DNA from: Chrysomallon squamiferum
Lineage: Eukaryota; Animalia; Mollusca
Direction: 5' to 3'
NCBI GenBank assembly: GCA_012295275.1
Contig: CM022670.1
Coordinates: 23,746,001 to 23,810,000, forward strand
DNA length: 64,000 bases
This document shows, one piece after another, positions 1 through 14,569 of the stretch (position 1 is its first letter; every line of letters begins with the position of its first letter). The notes below the pieces were generated by a model that made no database searches, was not told the DNA's origin, and was given only the letters and a program-made list of their open reading frames with translations. The position numbers were made by a program, and so were the translations under genes.

Positions 1-240
1 CATTTCTTCTTTCTTCATCATTTTAAAAATATTTGTTTTACACATAATAATATTAAATTGTAGAAGTGCTGTTAAACAAATGTTCATCTGTTTTCTGATA
101 ATGTTATAAAGTGTTTTTCATTATCATTTGTACACCAGTTAATACAGATATATTATATGGGTAATGAAATAAACCATTGGATTCAACCTACATACATACA
201 TACGTATATATATTCTTACATTCGTATGTATATTATAGAG

Positions 241-373
<133 letters not shown>

Positions 374-2249
374 TTTTATATACACAGATACACTTGTATG
401 TAATACTTGTATATATTTGTTTTAATATAAAAATTACCTTAGCAACGGGTTTGTTTGTTTTATTAAATTGTTACATACATCCCTACACAAGCAATTACTG
501 AAAGGAAAATAGAAAAACAACAAAAGCTAATTCATGCATCAGTTACTGGGAATATTTTGAAAATTTTGCAGACATATTAGCTCATTTGTCCTGACCTGCT
601 TATTTTTTGTGACCAACTTTTTGCTTTGGCAGATTTCTACAGAGCTGTCAAGAAATACTTTTTAAAAGTAATATTTTATATCAGATTAATTTCCGGGATT
701 TTTCAAAAAACCAAAAAAAAAAAATTTCATAGACTCTAATGCATATATGACATTTCATTTAATTTTTATTTGACATGGAGAATGAAGAATGACATTTCAC
801 TGATTTTACATTGTCAGTGGCTTTGTATTTCGTGTCTAGTGACATAAAGAATCTTTAGTAAGTTGTAATTAACTTTCCATTCCCATACTTTAATGGGACC
901 ATAGACTTAACAGATCATTTTGAAATGTAAGGTTTTATTTGAGAAAGAAAGTTAAAAATCACTTTTGAAAAGCTCAGGATTACATAACATTCTTGTCAAG
1001 AGACTTTTGACAGTGAATCAGTGACAGGTTTTCATGAAAGTGACTTAAATCTAGTTGATGTATATGTTAATGGAAAAAAAATGTGTCACTGCATTTAGAT
1101 ATATATTAGAAATATTAATAAATTATACCATTATTGTTGTATTTCTAGTATATAAACAGATTCAATATTATATTAATTTATTTGATTCAGAAAATATCTA
1201 ACAACATTTTTTTTCTTGCATATCTTATTCTTTCCTTTTTCTCTATCATTCTGAGTTTGTCTCCCTGTATATAAATTTCTTTTCTTTTTCTCTTGGAACT
1301 TGTCCATGCTTTCTCTGCGTGCCATTTTTGTAGTCTGTCTCTGTCTAACTTGTATTATAATATTTTTCTTATTAGTGACATTCTATGGTCAGCATCAGTA
1401 ACAGATAATTACTTTGAGAGTATAAAGAATGAACAGGTTTAGCTAAAGGGTTGATGAAAAATTAAGACATTTATACTTCAGGGTTTTTAACAAGCAATAT
1501 TTTCAATTATTCTAATTACCTAGGGGCTTAATTATCACTGAAGTGAAGCTAATATCATTGGAATGACTTCACAGAACCTTTTGCTGGAGATGTTTTGGAA
1601 GAGAATTGCTTTGTGTTATCAGTACATTGCCAATCCTGTCTTGTAGCACATACTGTAAAATACTTAACAACAACAAAAACCATTTCTTTTCATCCACTTT
1701 TTTAGAGAAACATAATAAGTTATCATTTCACTGTCACAGGCTTTCACTTATTCCACTTAACCAAAACAAAATAATTACCCATTACATTTACTTTTGCTGA
1801 CTTTTTTCCATAGTAATGACAAAATTATAAACTGGGTTTTCTCTCTTTCATTATGTCTTTTTCTGTAACCTTTTTTTGTAAAACACACATAAAGAAACCA
1901 AAAATCTTTCTAGTTAAATATATAGTTTTGAAATGGATCAAGCTTCCATTACTTTTCAGTGTAACTATTCATACATTTCAAATCTAATTCTTAAAATTTC
2001 TGGATGTTTTTTTATTTTAATATTATATTTCAGTTTTGTCTGTTCATTTAAATTTGACTAAAGAAGGAACCTTCAGCAGCATATATAAGGAAAATTGTGC
2101 TTCTGTCTAAACAATTGACAACCATTTTAGATAACTTTACTACAAAATCAGCTCACAAATAACAGTCAAGTTTAATATTGTTTTATACTGCAGTTAATTT
2201 TTACATAATTATATTGTAAAGAGACAGCTGTAATTAACCAATCTTTCTG

Positions 2250-2305
2250 AATTAACCCATACCAGCAAAGTGTATAAAGGTTGTGGTATGTGCTTACCTG
2301 TCTTT
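2250..2305 (+). mobile_element. SINE core fragment (MetaSINE/RUDI-like)
   Basis: tataaaggttgtggtatgtgcttacctgtctt matches the core of the copy at 13680-13953 (tatcaaagactgtggtattgatatcctgtttgtgg). Confidence 0.55.
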
Positions 2306-3544
2306 TTGAAGAACAAATATTAGTATGGTGACATTAGAATTCATTTTCTAATTCATAAGAATATAAAACCATATATTAACTTTCAGTAATATTCAGTAAT
2401 GAAATATATTCAGATATCTTTATAACAAATATTCACTTGTATTTCAACAATATTTTCATAACTTAAACAAATACACATATGTACTGAAAATGAACTTTTA
2501 TAAACACAGAAAAACATTTTAATTTTTCAATATACATGTTTTTTTCACTATTGATCAACAGTTCAGTTCCCACCTTGTTTGCTTGTTCAGTATTATCTTT
2601 TTCCCTGATCTCAGTGTCAGAAATCAATGCTGAAACATGAATACATGATTTGAAAATAAATTTATTGAACTTTTCCCTAGTTCAACAGTGTTAGACATTT
2701 TCAGTGTTGTCTTCTTGAACACTGGAAAAGCTCCAAGTAATGGATTTCTACATTATAAAACTGATAAAAAAACAAAAAAACATTTGAGTCAATAATGTCA
2801 CTTTCTTCTGTTTTCCTTCATTAACTGACAAAGGCTGATTTCAAAATGATGATAAGGACCAAATACATTAACTGGAAATTCAAAATTTTTCTTGGTTTCC
2901 TTTTGTGGGGGAATGCTGGGGGGTTTCAGTTCAGAGTTTTGAAAGTACAGAAAATAATTACTGCATGCAAATAATTCCCCTGCCTCAAAAAAATTAAATA
3001 AAATAAAACAGAAAGAAAATAAATTAATATATTTACATAGCAGATAAACTGCTCTTTTTGATTGTACAGTAGCATTCAATACATTCATTTAAAATTATTA
3101 GTTTCTGATATACAAATTTGTTTTAAAACATCACAAATATACAATGTACAGAGATGTTAGTTTCTCTATTATACTAAATCTACTTCTCAAAATAGATGAA
3201 GATTTCTATTCACTTTATAATTCCCCAAAAGTTGACAGACTGCAATAAATGGCTTCTAGAACTTTCAACATGGAAGATATTAATTTCTAATAATAAAGTA
3301 TTACAAGTAGTATTAATCTCTGATATCAGTTATTTGATTTGTTAATAAATTGTAAAAATTTTTTTTTATAATTACATCCTTATGAAGCTTTTCACAACAG
3401 TATCAAACACTTGTATATAATAAACCTGTGCATATCCAGTCACACATACATAAAACTTTCAGTATGTGGGAAAAATTAAAACATTAACTTTTTATTTATT
3501 TATTTTTTGTTTACATGTCTGTGTGGTTGTGTATGTAGATAGAT

Positions 3545-3925
3545 AATGTTAACAATTGCAGTCAGATTTTGCAGATGGTAATTCTTTGGTCTTTTCAAAT
3601 GTTATAAATTTGCCAGTGTTATGTTAATTACTAGCATTGTACATGAAGTGTTGATTCAGTTGAAAATCCTCAGTTTAGATGCAAGTGCCAAGCCTGGGAT
3701 CAGATCATCATTTCATCTGGTGAAAACTGTGTCACACTATTTCCACACCATGCCACAAGACTGCCATTCTCCAAGCCATTTTCCATTCAGGCAACATTTA
3801 GATTTAAATTGCTGCTAATGGTTCAATGGATTTTGCAGTCAAACTGTCAGTTATTGACATTGGTATTTTGTGTAACGGTGTGATTCCATTGCAGGAACCA
3901 GATAATGCTAATTGCAATGGTTGTT
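3545..3925 (-). mobile_element. decayed Tc1/mariner transposase remnant
   Basis: Minus-strand pieces in the correct order across frameshifts: GSLVAWCGNS (cf. GSVMVWGGIS), DE, FMYNA (cf. FMDDNAR), PSAKSDCN (cf. WPAKSPDLN). Confidence 0.6.
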
Positions 3926-5857
3926 CCAGCAGATAACACATTCAGGTCAAATTGTTACACTCTCTCTGAGCGCTTATTTCATTTATCTCAAAGTTTTTTT
4001 GTTGTTTTTTTAAGAGATTTACTTTTTGCAAGTGAAAATAATATTTTATTTTTTTTAAAAAAAAAAAAAAAAAGATTGGTGTAGGATAGTAACAGAGATA
4101 TTTTATGATGTGTTAATTTTTAAAATGGTTTGTGTGTTTATAGGTAAGAGTGATTTTAATCAGTTAAGGTCTGCAATGTTGTTGTTTTTTTTTTTTTTGT
4201 TTGTTTGTTTGTTTGTTTTGGGGGGGTTTTTTATGGTCTTAAAGATGTTTTATTCAAATCAGTGGTCAGTCATAGAAAAAGTGTTACTTAATTCCATTTA
4301 TCCTTTCATTTACTTTTGTTTATAGAAAAAGCAAATTGAAATTTTTCAACAGAAAGTCCGGTAATGTGTGAATTAATTTAGAATAAAATTCATGTATGTT
4401 TGAAATTCATGGCAAACTTAATGAATATATTTACTGGTATCGTGAAAATAAAAATCCTCCTATTAGCAAATAAACGATATTCATATACTGATATAAAATT
4501 ATTTTGTCAAACAAATAAATTTCCATAATTTTTTCATTTTCTTTATCTTTAATTTTGTTACATAATATATATATATTTTTTTTTTTTTTTAATTTTATTT
4601 TTTTTTTTTTTTTTTTTTTGTGTTATTGATGAAATACATCAATGAATATTATTAATTTTAAATTATTGTAATACATGCTTACATTTTAGGAAACAGCTGG
4701 CTAATTTGTTTATATTATTATCACAAAGGTTTGGGTTATGAAAAAACTTTCATTATTCTTCATTATTTTTTAATTTCTATAATGAGGAGAATATACATTT
4801 GTAAAATATTTCTTACTGTATTTAAAAAGCTGAAAAGATTTATGATGCTTATGATTATGTGTTTAACAGTTCTTCCCAGAATTAAACATGTCGTAAACAT
4901 GTTTGCTCTATATCGGGCTAATCTAAATTGATAAAAATGAACAACAGTTTTTTTCTTCGTATCTCTCATATTTTTTAATTATAAACCTTCACATGTTTGT
5001 TTTGAACACATTTAAACATTTACATTTTATTGTTGTTGAAAGTTATGTTATTTTTTTTGTGTGTGCTTGCTGTGAAAAAAGAAAAACAGATTACATTTCA
5101 CTGCCTAGTTTTATTATTAATAAACATGACTAACATTAAAATTAATGCATTGTTTTTCAACCCCTTTTTTTTTTTCATTTGAATGATCATAACTTTTGTC
5201 ATCATAATTTAAGAAACATCTCCATGACCTTAAACATAAATTTTATGGAAACATAAACTTAGTGGCCATTTGGTATCAGTTACATGGTTAACAGTTCATT
5301 CTGTAATTAAGTTGACATAAATAAATATAGTATATGTTCCTAAGTATTTCTGGAGTTATTTTATTGTGATAGTTTTCGCAATTTTAGAATCTGCAGGACA
5401 GATTTAATGCTGTAGGCAGATAGTTAATGATGGAGGAATTTGAGATGAGATTTTGATGACAGAAGCATCAATTACATGATTAGCTCCACACTACATCCTT
5501 GCAGTGGACACTTGATGTGCCAAAGGCATAATTTACAGATTAGGATAAATGTTTTCTTCTCTACTGAGACTTCTTTTTACACAGAATAAAACTTGTCAGA
5601 AAAAAAATCTTTGTCTAGCTTCTATATTTTGACAAGATCCTTAGATCTTGAAAGTGATTAGCTTTACCATAAATCACTGAGCAGCATATCTTGTTGTCAG
5701 AATTTTGTTAAACTTTTAAAAATCATTTTGCCAAAGGTAATGCTGTCTGAAGAAGAATTACATTATGTGTGTCTGTGTTTGATGTTTCAAGAAACATTCC
5801 TTAATCATCCTTCCTTCCAACAAATATAAATTCTGGTTAGAAGGAAAATATGTTAAC

Positions 5858-5995
5858 TGTAGGATCAAACCTTTTGGTTGCACATTGTTTCTTCATTCCA
5901 ACTAGTGTATCACAAATAGTTTATCAAATTATGTGTGTGTTCTGTGGGAAGATCCCTTCCTGCAAACCAATACAACTAGTGGATGAACTGGCAAC
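5858..5995 (+). mobile_element. decayed SINE copy (MetaSINE/RUDI-like)
   Basis: gtaggatcaaacc...ttcattccaactagtg...ttatcaaa...tctgtgggaagatcccttcctgc, colinear with the other copies in this window. Confidence 0.6.
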
Positions 5996-8089
5996 ATGAA
6001 TTCCATATATCACATCAAAAATACACTCACTATATTCAGACATATCTGGATCACAATTCAGTCATTTATTCATCACGCCCACTCCTCTGTTCAGAATATC
6101 ATTAAATGTAATAATTTTATCTTCAAGATGGAAGAGATTTTCTTTGTGGCAAATCAAGGAGTTCCCACACTTAATTAATCTGTGTGCAGCTGATTGATTC
6201 TGTTGAGAGTGTGATTACTGAGGTGTGAGTAAACACACAAGAAGTATATCACAGATTTGTATAAATAATTGGATGCTGCTGCCTTGCGTAGGTAATTAAA
6301 AAAAAAAACTTAGATCTTTTCTGCTTTACTCTTTATTCTCACGAAGTGTTATTTACAGTTGTTTTTGTTGCAGAAATAAAATATTGGAATATTTACTTTT
6401 TAAGGAACGCTGAAAAGAAAGTAACAAAAAGAACCAATACAATTTGTTATTTGTTGTTAATGTTTTATTTAGTTGAATTGAAGGTAGACTGGATGCACTT
6501 GCATTATTACTGTAATTATTAGTCCTGTCACTACTGTGAGTACTTTTGATTCTAACCCTGTTGTTAGTCCTAAAACAAGTTACAGTGATAATGTGGGCTG
6601 AAGTTCACAGATCAGAATGCAAGGACAAGGCATTATCTTCAACATCATTGACACCACATAATCATAAACTTATATTTAACAAAATAACAACAACAATAAC
6701 AAGGCAAAAACATTTTTTCCTTCCTTCTGCAGAGCACAATTTCACCTAACTCCAACAGAATAACCCATACCTTGACAACAGTGGGTTTTACCTTTCATTA
6801 ACAGTAATACTCTAACCACATATGTCACACTAATGTAACTAAGGTTTGTAACATATAGTCTTTAAATAAAACCTTTTTTTTTTTTTTTCTGCAGATTACA
6901 CTGAATGACTTAGTTTTGCCTGTTAATTAATCATATATTGAATTTTTTTTTTTTTTAATTCTTTGAGTGAAAAAAATTAATAAGAGCCTTTTATTGATTC
7001 ATTAAATTTTATAAATCATGATAGTATACTTCATTATTGATAATACATATTTTAAAACATACAAATCACAGTAGGTAGTTGTTCAAGTGAACGTTTTATA
7101 GCCAAGTTAAATAAGTATAATTGTAATATATTGCAAAATAAATTAAAATTTCTTGGCAGTTAAAGTTAGTATGTCCATATATTACGTTACAAAATAAATG
7201 TTAAAACTCTGACTTTTAGAAAAAGACACCAGCTGTTCTGTATAAAATAATACAGTCATTTTGTGGTTTTATTTAGTATAGCCATAAAATATATTTTAAT
7301 ATTTTTATTGTTTTATTGTTATCAACATATAATACACAAGAATAAGCCTAACCTTAATATGTCAGATAAAGTTTGTATTTTATTAGAAGCAACTGTTAGA
7401 TAACTAATTTTGTTAATACATGATTTTCATGTTTAATTTAATTTTCGGGAATGATAGATTCAGGATTTCTGAAAAATGCTGGGTACATTATTGTTGTGAA
7501 TATAACATTCATGATGAAGTATCCTTCAATACGAAGAAGAAAAAAAAATAGGTTGTCAATAATAGGATTAATATGATTTATGTATATGATTATTGTAATT
7601 TTCTTAATTCTATAACAGCTAAATCCAATTACTTTAACATATTTTGGACAAAATTCTTACTTCTGAGAAGAAAACAATTTAAAAAATAACAAAGAGTTTT
7701 TAGAATTTTCTGAAATTCCACTCACCCTGGTATGATCAGTTTCAAAAATTCACTTGCCCATATGGTTTTGTCACATCCATTTATATTATTGAAATCTATA
7801 CTCATCCCAAAAAGTACTGGAACCTGAAATATTAGTGTTAATATCATTTATTAGACCAAACTTACGTTTAAACACAGACATCCTATTAAAAAACATTCAG
7901 GTCAGTTTATCAACACATCCCATAGTTTACACATGCATCACACAGTTGCCTGGACAGACGTGTGTGCAGAGTCATTCTCAATTATTACAATTTCCAGGAA
8001 GACTGATTAATCACCATTGGAACATTATTTCTGCCAATCTGTTCATCATAAAGTTGTTCATTTTGTTTTTTTGTCATTTTTGTTTGTGA

Positions 8090-8490
8090 TGTGGTGTATG
8101 CTGCAGATGGGCAGAATTGAGCATGGAGTGGCCAAACATTTGGTGTTTTGAAGTCCATGATTAGCAAACAGTGGAACAGGAACCAACAAACCTAGAATTT
8201 AATGATCTCTCCAGTTCAGATCATCCCAAGGCAGTGTTATTACTGCAGTGTTAACTTGTGACCAGGGACTAAGAAATTGAGCTTAAATGGCAAATTAAAT
8301 TGTTGGAAACCTTCATCAGGCTATTGGCATCCAGTGATTAGAAATCATCTTTATGTTCAATGGCCCCAGGTTGTACCTATATTGTCAAACTTTCACTGTG
8401 AAAGGAGAGTAAGAATTGAGCTGTTTGTTGGTGATTACATGTCGTGTTTTCAGATGAGACTGTATTCACTTCAAACTTCCTTGACAAGCT
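8090..8490 (+). mobile_element. decayed Tc1 transposase remnant (N-terminal HTH to first catalytic D)
   Basis: MLQMGRIEHGVAKH / FGVLKSMISKQWNRNQQT / NDLSSSDHPK (cf. DRPRSGRPR) / VIRNHL / VVPILSNFH / HVVFSDETVF (cf. VLFSDESRF), with frameshifts and stops. Confidence 0.8.
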
Positions 8491-10080
8491 TGGCCAGGAA
8501 AGTTGAAAAGATACCTCATACTGCCATTAATTAGATATTAGTTCCAGTTTATAAATGTATATTTCATATCAGTGTTATTATACTGACTGTGTATGTGAGA
8601 TCACACATCAATGAAGCTTTTATCTTTTGAGTGCTTGTCAAGATTTGAAGAATACTGTATTCTAACTTAATGTTATAAATGATTCAAATAAGTTTCCGAA
8701 AACACCGCCACCATTACCATAACAAAAAAATAAAATAAATTAACACAGAATGATGAAAAATAACTTGAAAAAATGAAAATAATATTAAAAAAAAGGATGA
8801 CAAAATAAAAAATTTTAATAAAATAAATACATGTAGCAATATTTATTAATAAGAAGAATCAGTTTAAAAATAGATTTAGAAATAAGTGTTTAAAACTGAA
8901 CAAAATCTAATTTTTATAAAAGTTACTAAATATATATATATATATATACTTGATACTGCTGGTGTGGGAATTGTTTTGTCTTTTGATAAACCATTTGTGG
9001 GGTATTGTAGTAGGATTGAACCAGAGATTTCCCATGATCTAAAATCCATACCTCCTTTCTGATTATATAAAATGTGATATTACTGGATATTTTTATAGCA
9101 TTTCAGCTGATAACATACATTCCAGTTGCAGTTTTACACCACTCATTAACCAGTACCCATGTCGTGATCTCCATTAATAGGAAACATTTTTTTCTAAAAG
9201 CTCTTTCAAAATGGCTGCAGAAGGAAGGAAGTGCTCTTTGGACAAGGAGGAAGCATCCTGTTGTTTGTTGACTTGCTTTTTAGTTGCTATGATGAAAGCT
9301 ACACTTTGCAATGTTGGTGAAGAGCACTTGTGTTCTGGACTTTTGTAGAATGAATATTGACATGAACATCTTCTGGGATTATGTTTACTTGTGAACTGTT
9401 TAGATGATGCACTTGAAGCTGAGAATGTGTAAATTTGTCAAGAAGAATGCTGACAAATGATGTTTGCTCAGCTCCTTACATTACCAAGAATCCAGACTTC
9501 CATCAGAATACTGTCCAAACCCTCTTTCTTGCTTTCTCATTTTAATTTACCTTTTCCAGATAATATTTTCATTACAACATTTTAATAAAATACAAACTGA
9601 TATAAATTTACTTTTACAAGACGATATTTTCAGTACAACATTTTAATATCATTATCTAAAATTCCTTTTCAGCAAAGATGTAGAACTGTCACAACTGAGT
9701 ATTGATCAAATTGTTGTTTGGGTAACTTTTGTTAAAAAAATGTCGTTTATGTTTTGTATTCACATTGTGGGTTGACAATTTGTTGAAAGCCAATGAATAT
9801 GTGGTATCGCTGGCATGGAAATATCAGTGTATTTGGGATTCTGTTAAAGATAAATGTATTTGGATTGATTTTGTTTGTGTTGCACTGTTCCACATTAACA
9901 CAAAATGGTGGCAAAGGTCTTCAGTTCTAACTTTTAGCTATAGACAGTACTGGTTTAACCTAATGTACTTTTTCCTGGTATTTTGTTTTGCTTTTTTGAA
10001 GAGTATTTGGGTCTTTATTTCCTTTATTTAAAAAGTATCTTTTTTAAAAACTCTAAATAAAAAAAGCCTCATGAAACAAA

Positions 10081-10142
10081 ACAAATGAAAGTAGATAAAG
10101 TAGACAAATGAAAGTAGATAAAGTAGACAAATGAAAGTAGAT
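10081..10142. repeat. 23-bp tandem repeat, about 2.7 copies
   Basis: Unit acaaatgaaagtagataaagtag. Confidence 0.95.
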
Positions 10143-12533
10143 AATTTAAAAATAACACTTATTCCCTATTGATTTATTTATCTGAAAAAGCAAGTGACAG
10201 CATGTTATAATATATTCCATCTCAGTGAACAAAATTTAAAATTTAATAATTCCATATATTTTGCACTCTGCTTTCACAAATTGTGCATTTGGGCCATTTT
10301 ATTCAGTTAGGAGAAATTGTTTGATAAACAGTTGTGATAGAAGAATTAAAAAAGACAAGGTTGAAAGACAGATTACTAAAATCCGGAGTCAAATGAAAAG
10401 TAGTAATTGATAAATCCTTATTTTATTACAGCTCTGTATTCTGTTCAGGAGGTGGCTACAGCTTAGTGATTCAAATTAACACAAAGGAATGATAAATTGC
10501 TGGAAGATTCTTTTTAATGTTCCAGTTGGGCTTTTACCCCCATTTCAACTAATGCCTGTCTCAGATTCATTGAAGGTGTTTACTTTTCTATCCATGGAAA
10601 GCTGATATATTATTAAATATAATTTTTGCTGTGGACTGAGAATTTGTAGCTGTAGATTTGTAGCTTTCCTCTCATATCAGTCTTGTAGAAAACCTTTGAC
10701 ACCTAATAACTTTTAAAATGAAATATTTTTAGGTGTTGTTAAGCAAATGTTCATTCATCTGAAAAGAAAGTGTTTTAAACTACCTACTTTGACAGATTAT
10801 GGTAATTCAAATGAAGAGCAGTGATTGTTGTAGAAGTAAGAAATCCTGATTTCAGATTTCCATTTCAAACAAGAGTCTCTACAGATCGACATTTTCTTAC
10901 TGCCAGCACTATTTTCTGATCACAGCTAATTGCAAAGATTTTCTGATAATTATCAGGCTTATATTAGACAAGAGCTAATGCCTGGAAACAACTTGTTAAT
11001 TTAGAAGACATTTGCATTTTCATGTTTTTAGAAGACATTTCATGCAAATGCTTTCTTATTTCTCTCTGTCTTGTTATGGGTTATCTGCATTAAGCTATTT
11101 GCTTCCACATTAGGATCACAGGAAATGACATACTAATACTATTGGCATTTGTCACTTTCTGTTATTTCCATTTTACTGACTTGTTACTGTTAAGCATTTT
11201 GTTCAAAGTCAAGCTCATGTAATTACAATTTTATTGTGAATGTGATATAAATATTTCTTCATGATGTGATACTGTTATTATTATCATTCTCATAGTATTA
11301 TCATTATCATTGTCATTATCATCATTACTATTATTTTTATAATCCCATGAATATCATGAAAGAGAAATTTACAAAATTCTGATTACACACTTTTGTACTT
11401 GGGTGTTGTTAAACATTTGTTTTGTGACATTTCCGATGTCAGCTTTTCTGGTAAGTGGTTAGCTGTTTTTCACTGCCGCAAATATTGCAGTACTGCTGGG
11501 GAAAGGTACTGCTCGTAGCTAATGATAATAGTGGGTTTCTTTTACAAGATACCAATACACGGTTGACAGCTGACAGCTGTTAATATATAAAAGTTTCAGT
11601 TATTTACATTTATTTATTTATTTATTTTAAACTGGTGAGTATGAACTGCAGACTGAAGTGTTTAAAACTTTGGTTTACTCTATTCAAATACTGTTCTTTG
11701 AAAACTGAATGTGTTTCAGAATGAAGACAGCTTTCTCTTGTTTTATCAAAGGCTGGCAGACGGTTTAGTTTTCTCCGTGGACTGTTTATTATTCCTCAGT
11801 CTGTTTTATTGAATAGTCTCTTGCTAATACCCCTGCATTAAACATGTATTAAACCACAGCAGAATTTTGTTAATTCAATATTGATAATTTTTTACATACT
11901 CAACCAGCTGCACTGGTTAAGCAGTTAGCTTAAAACTGACAGATACTTGGATCAGATTGCAGTTGAGAATTTTACAATGTACTCAGTGTACTAAATTCTA
12001 TCCTTTTTTCTAATCCACTAACACTAACACTTGAACAGTGTCCTTGACAAATGTACTTAAACCTTATGTGATTTAAGCTAACTTTAAACTACTGATTGAT
12101 TGATACTTAACAGATTTTTTTTTTTAAATAACTTTCTGATTTAAAAAAAAATATATATAATACACATTACCTACTGAATTTTAATAGTTAGTTTTGCTAA
12201 CTTTACCTTTAGTATTAACAAAAGCCTGAATGATATGTCTTTCCAATTTTTTTTTTTTTAGCTTCTGTTCATAAAGGACTTTGATAAATTTTGATCCCTA
12301 AGGCTGAATACATTTATTACCAAAACCCATTTTTGAAAACTACATTATATTAAGTGCATCTTATAAGAAGATTTTTTTTTTTTTTTTTTGTGTGTTCAGA
12401 TTTCCATTTTCAGTTTAATGGAAGTATTTCATTTGACAAAGTCGTGTATTTACGTATTCAAATTGTGACTTAATGATTTCTGGTCCTTAGCTTGCTGTCA
12501 TTTTTAAATGGTTCACACAGTGTGATACACATA

Positions 12534-12683
12534 ATGCTATTTAAAACATTAATAAAATAGTTGTTTTCAGGCAGATGAATTATGCTATTTAAAACATTAA
12601 TAAAATAGTTGTTTTCAGGCAGATGAATTATGTTATTTAAAACATTAATAAAATAGTTGTTTTCAGGCAGATGAATTATGTTA
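12534..12683. repeat. 48-bp tandem repeat, 3 near-identical copies
   Basis: Unit atgctatttaaaacattaataaaatagttgttttcaggcagatgaatt starting at 12534, 12582 and 12630. Confidence 0.97.
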
Positions 12684-12966
12684 CATGAGTTAACACTGCT
12701 ATCTGCTTGTACTGAGAGGAGATTACTGGAAATCTTTTCCCCTGTGTATAGGTATTATTGCAAAGCATAGATAATGTTGTTCTCACTGTCAGTGACAAGT
12801 CAATATTGACATAATAAAAAACCCCCAGCAATAAACCATATTCCTAGCAGTTTGAATAGCAGTATGCAAGGACAGAATTTATTGCATATACAATGGAAAC
12901 AATAATCACATCTTGCACAATATATTCTGTTCTTCCTTTCAAGTCTGTTTTATTGCTGAATCATTT

Positions 12967-13006
<40 letters not shown>

Positions 13007-13516
13007 TTTCATTCCTTCACTCTTATTTTATTTTATTTTATTTATTTATTTATTTTTTTCTCCTTGTTACTGGCATTCAGATTTTGCTATTTATGTTTTT
13101 TATATTAATTCCTTTTTACTATTTTATATTTGTTTTTGTTTCATTATTTGTTGTACTTTTATTTCAGTAAAAGGTAAATAAATTTAAATGCTTATGGATA
13201 AGGAAAGCAGAGAGTAGAAAAAAGACACACATATTTATATGGTTGAAAAATATGTAATTATTCTTTTAAAATTGTTTTAATACTGAATTGTAACAGAATA
13301 GTAATAAGTATGATTCTAATGAAAAATTCTGCAGTGAATGAAAATGAAAATTAATATATTTTATCTGATCACAACATTATTATTTGTTTTCTAATGAATA
13401 ATTTATTTTATTTTATTTTATTTTATTAATGCTATACTTTCAGGCTTTTTGTGCTAATAACCTTTTAATATTTATAATAACTTCTGTTATTACATTCATA
13501 TGTATATATTTATATA

Positions 13517-13549
<33 letters not shown>

Positions 13550-13573
13550 GTGAATATATATGTATGTATATGT

Positions 13574-13604
<31 letters not shown>

Positions 13605-13679
13605 TATATATACAAACAATCTGAATGAACGCTAAATGGCAATACAAACTTTAAACACTATTAAAGTGACACAATGGAA

Positions 13680-13953
13680 TTGTTCAGTGTAGCTAGATTA
13701 CAGCATAATGGATATAGGATCAGTTTTCCTCAGTGGACCTATTTGATTATTTCCTGGGTTAACCAAAGACTTTATCAAAGACTGTGGTATTGATATCCTG
13801 TTTGTGGTGTAGAAAAAGAGCTCTTGCCAATTGAAAAAAGAGTTTCCACCACTTAACATTATCAGTTTGCTTTGTAACCATATATGACACCATGTAAGTG
13901 TAGATTAAAAATGTTTCAGAACAGCATTAAGTAAAACATTTATTCTTTCTTTC
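13680..13953 (+). mobile_element. most complete SINE copy (tRNA-derived, MetaSINE/RUDI-like)
   Basis: Decayed head (taggatcag..cagtggacctattt), core tatcaaagactgtggtattgatatcctgtttgtgg, tail taaccatatatgacaccat...taaaatgt...taagtaaaacattt ending in TTTC repeats. Family assignment is from memory of mollusc SINE consensus. Confidence 0.7.
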
Positions 13954-14569
13954 ATCGTATTAGAAAGTTTGTGGATTTATGTTTGTCTGTTTTTTGTTTT
14001 GTTTTTTTAATATCCAAATAATTTAAAAGAAAATTAACATGGGAATATGAAAAGACTTAAAAACTTAGTTTTACTTATAAGTTTATCACATAATTAGATA
14101 CAAGCACTTGTTCAGTTTAGCATTGTTCTCTGTGTATTGGGTTAATATTTGAGAAATATTTCAATATTTGTTCCTAGCAATGTAGCAGGGTAACTAGAAA
14201 TGATTATGATGGTTTTATAGGCCCCAGTAAAATAGTTATTTGTTCTTTTATAGCAGGAAATAAAATAAATCTTTAAAAGTTCTCATTTAATTTAAATCAA
14301 ATTATATTTAAAGAACTGCTTTAACATTAAAAAAAAAATAGTCATAATACTTGTGAATTTTATTAATTTTAAGCACATTGGAATTTCTTACAATATACAT
14401 GTATTTATATTGTTAAACTTTATTCATGTTACACATTTCTGGCTTCATTTAAGAGATGTTATATATATTTTTTTTTCTCAAAAGAATCAGGTATTCGTGT
14501 TTTTATATATATTCTATGTTAGAATATCTTGATATTTAATGTTTGCATGAAACCAAAGTTTAAATCCAG

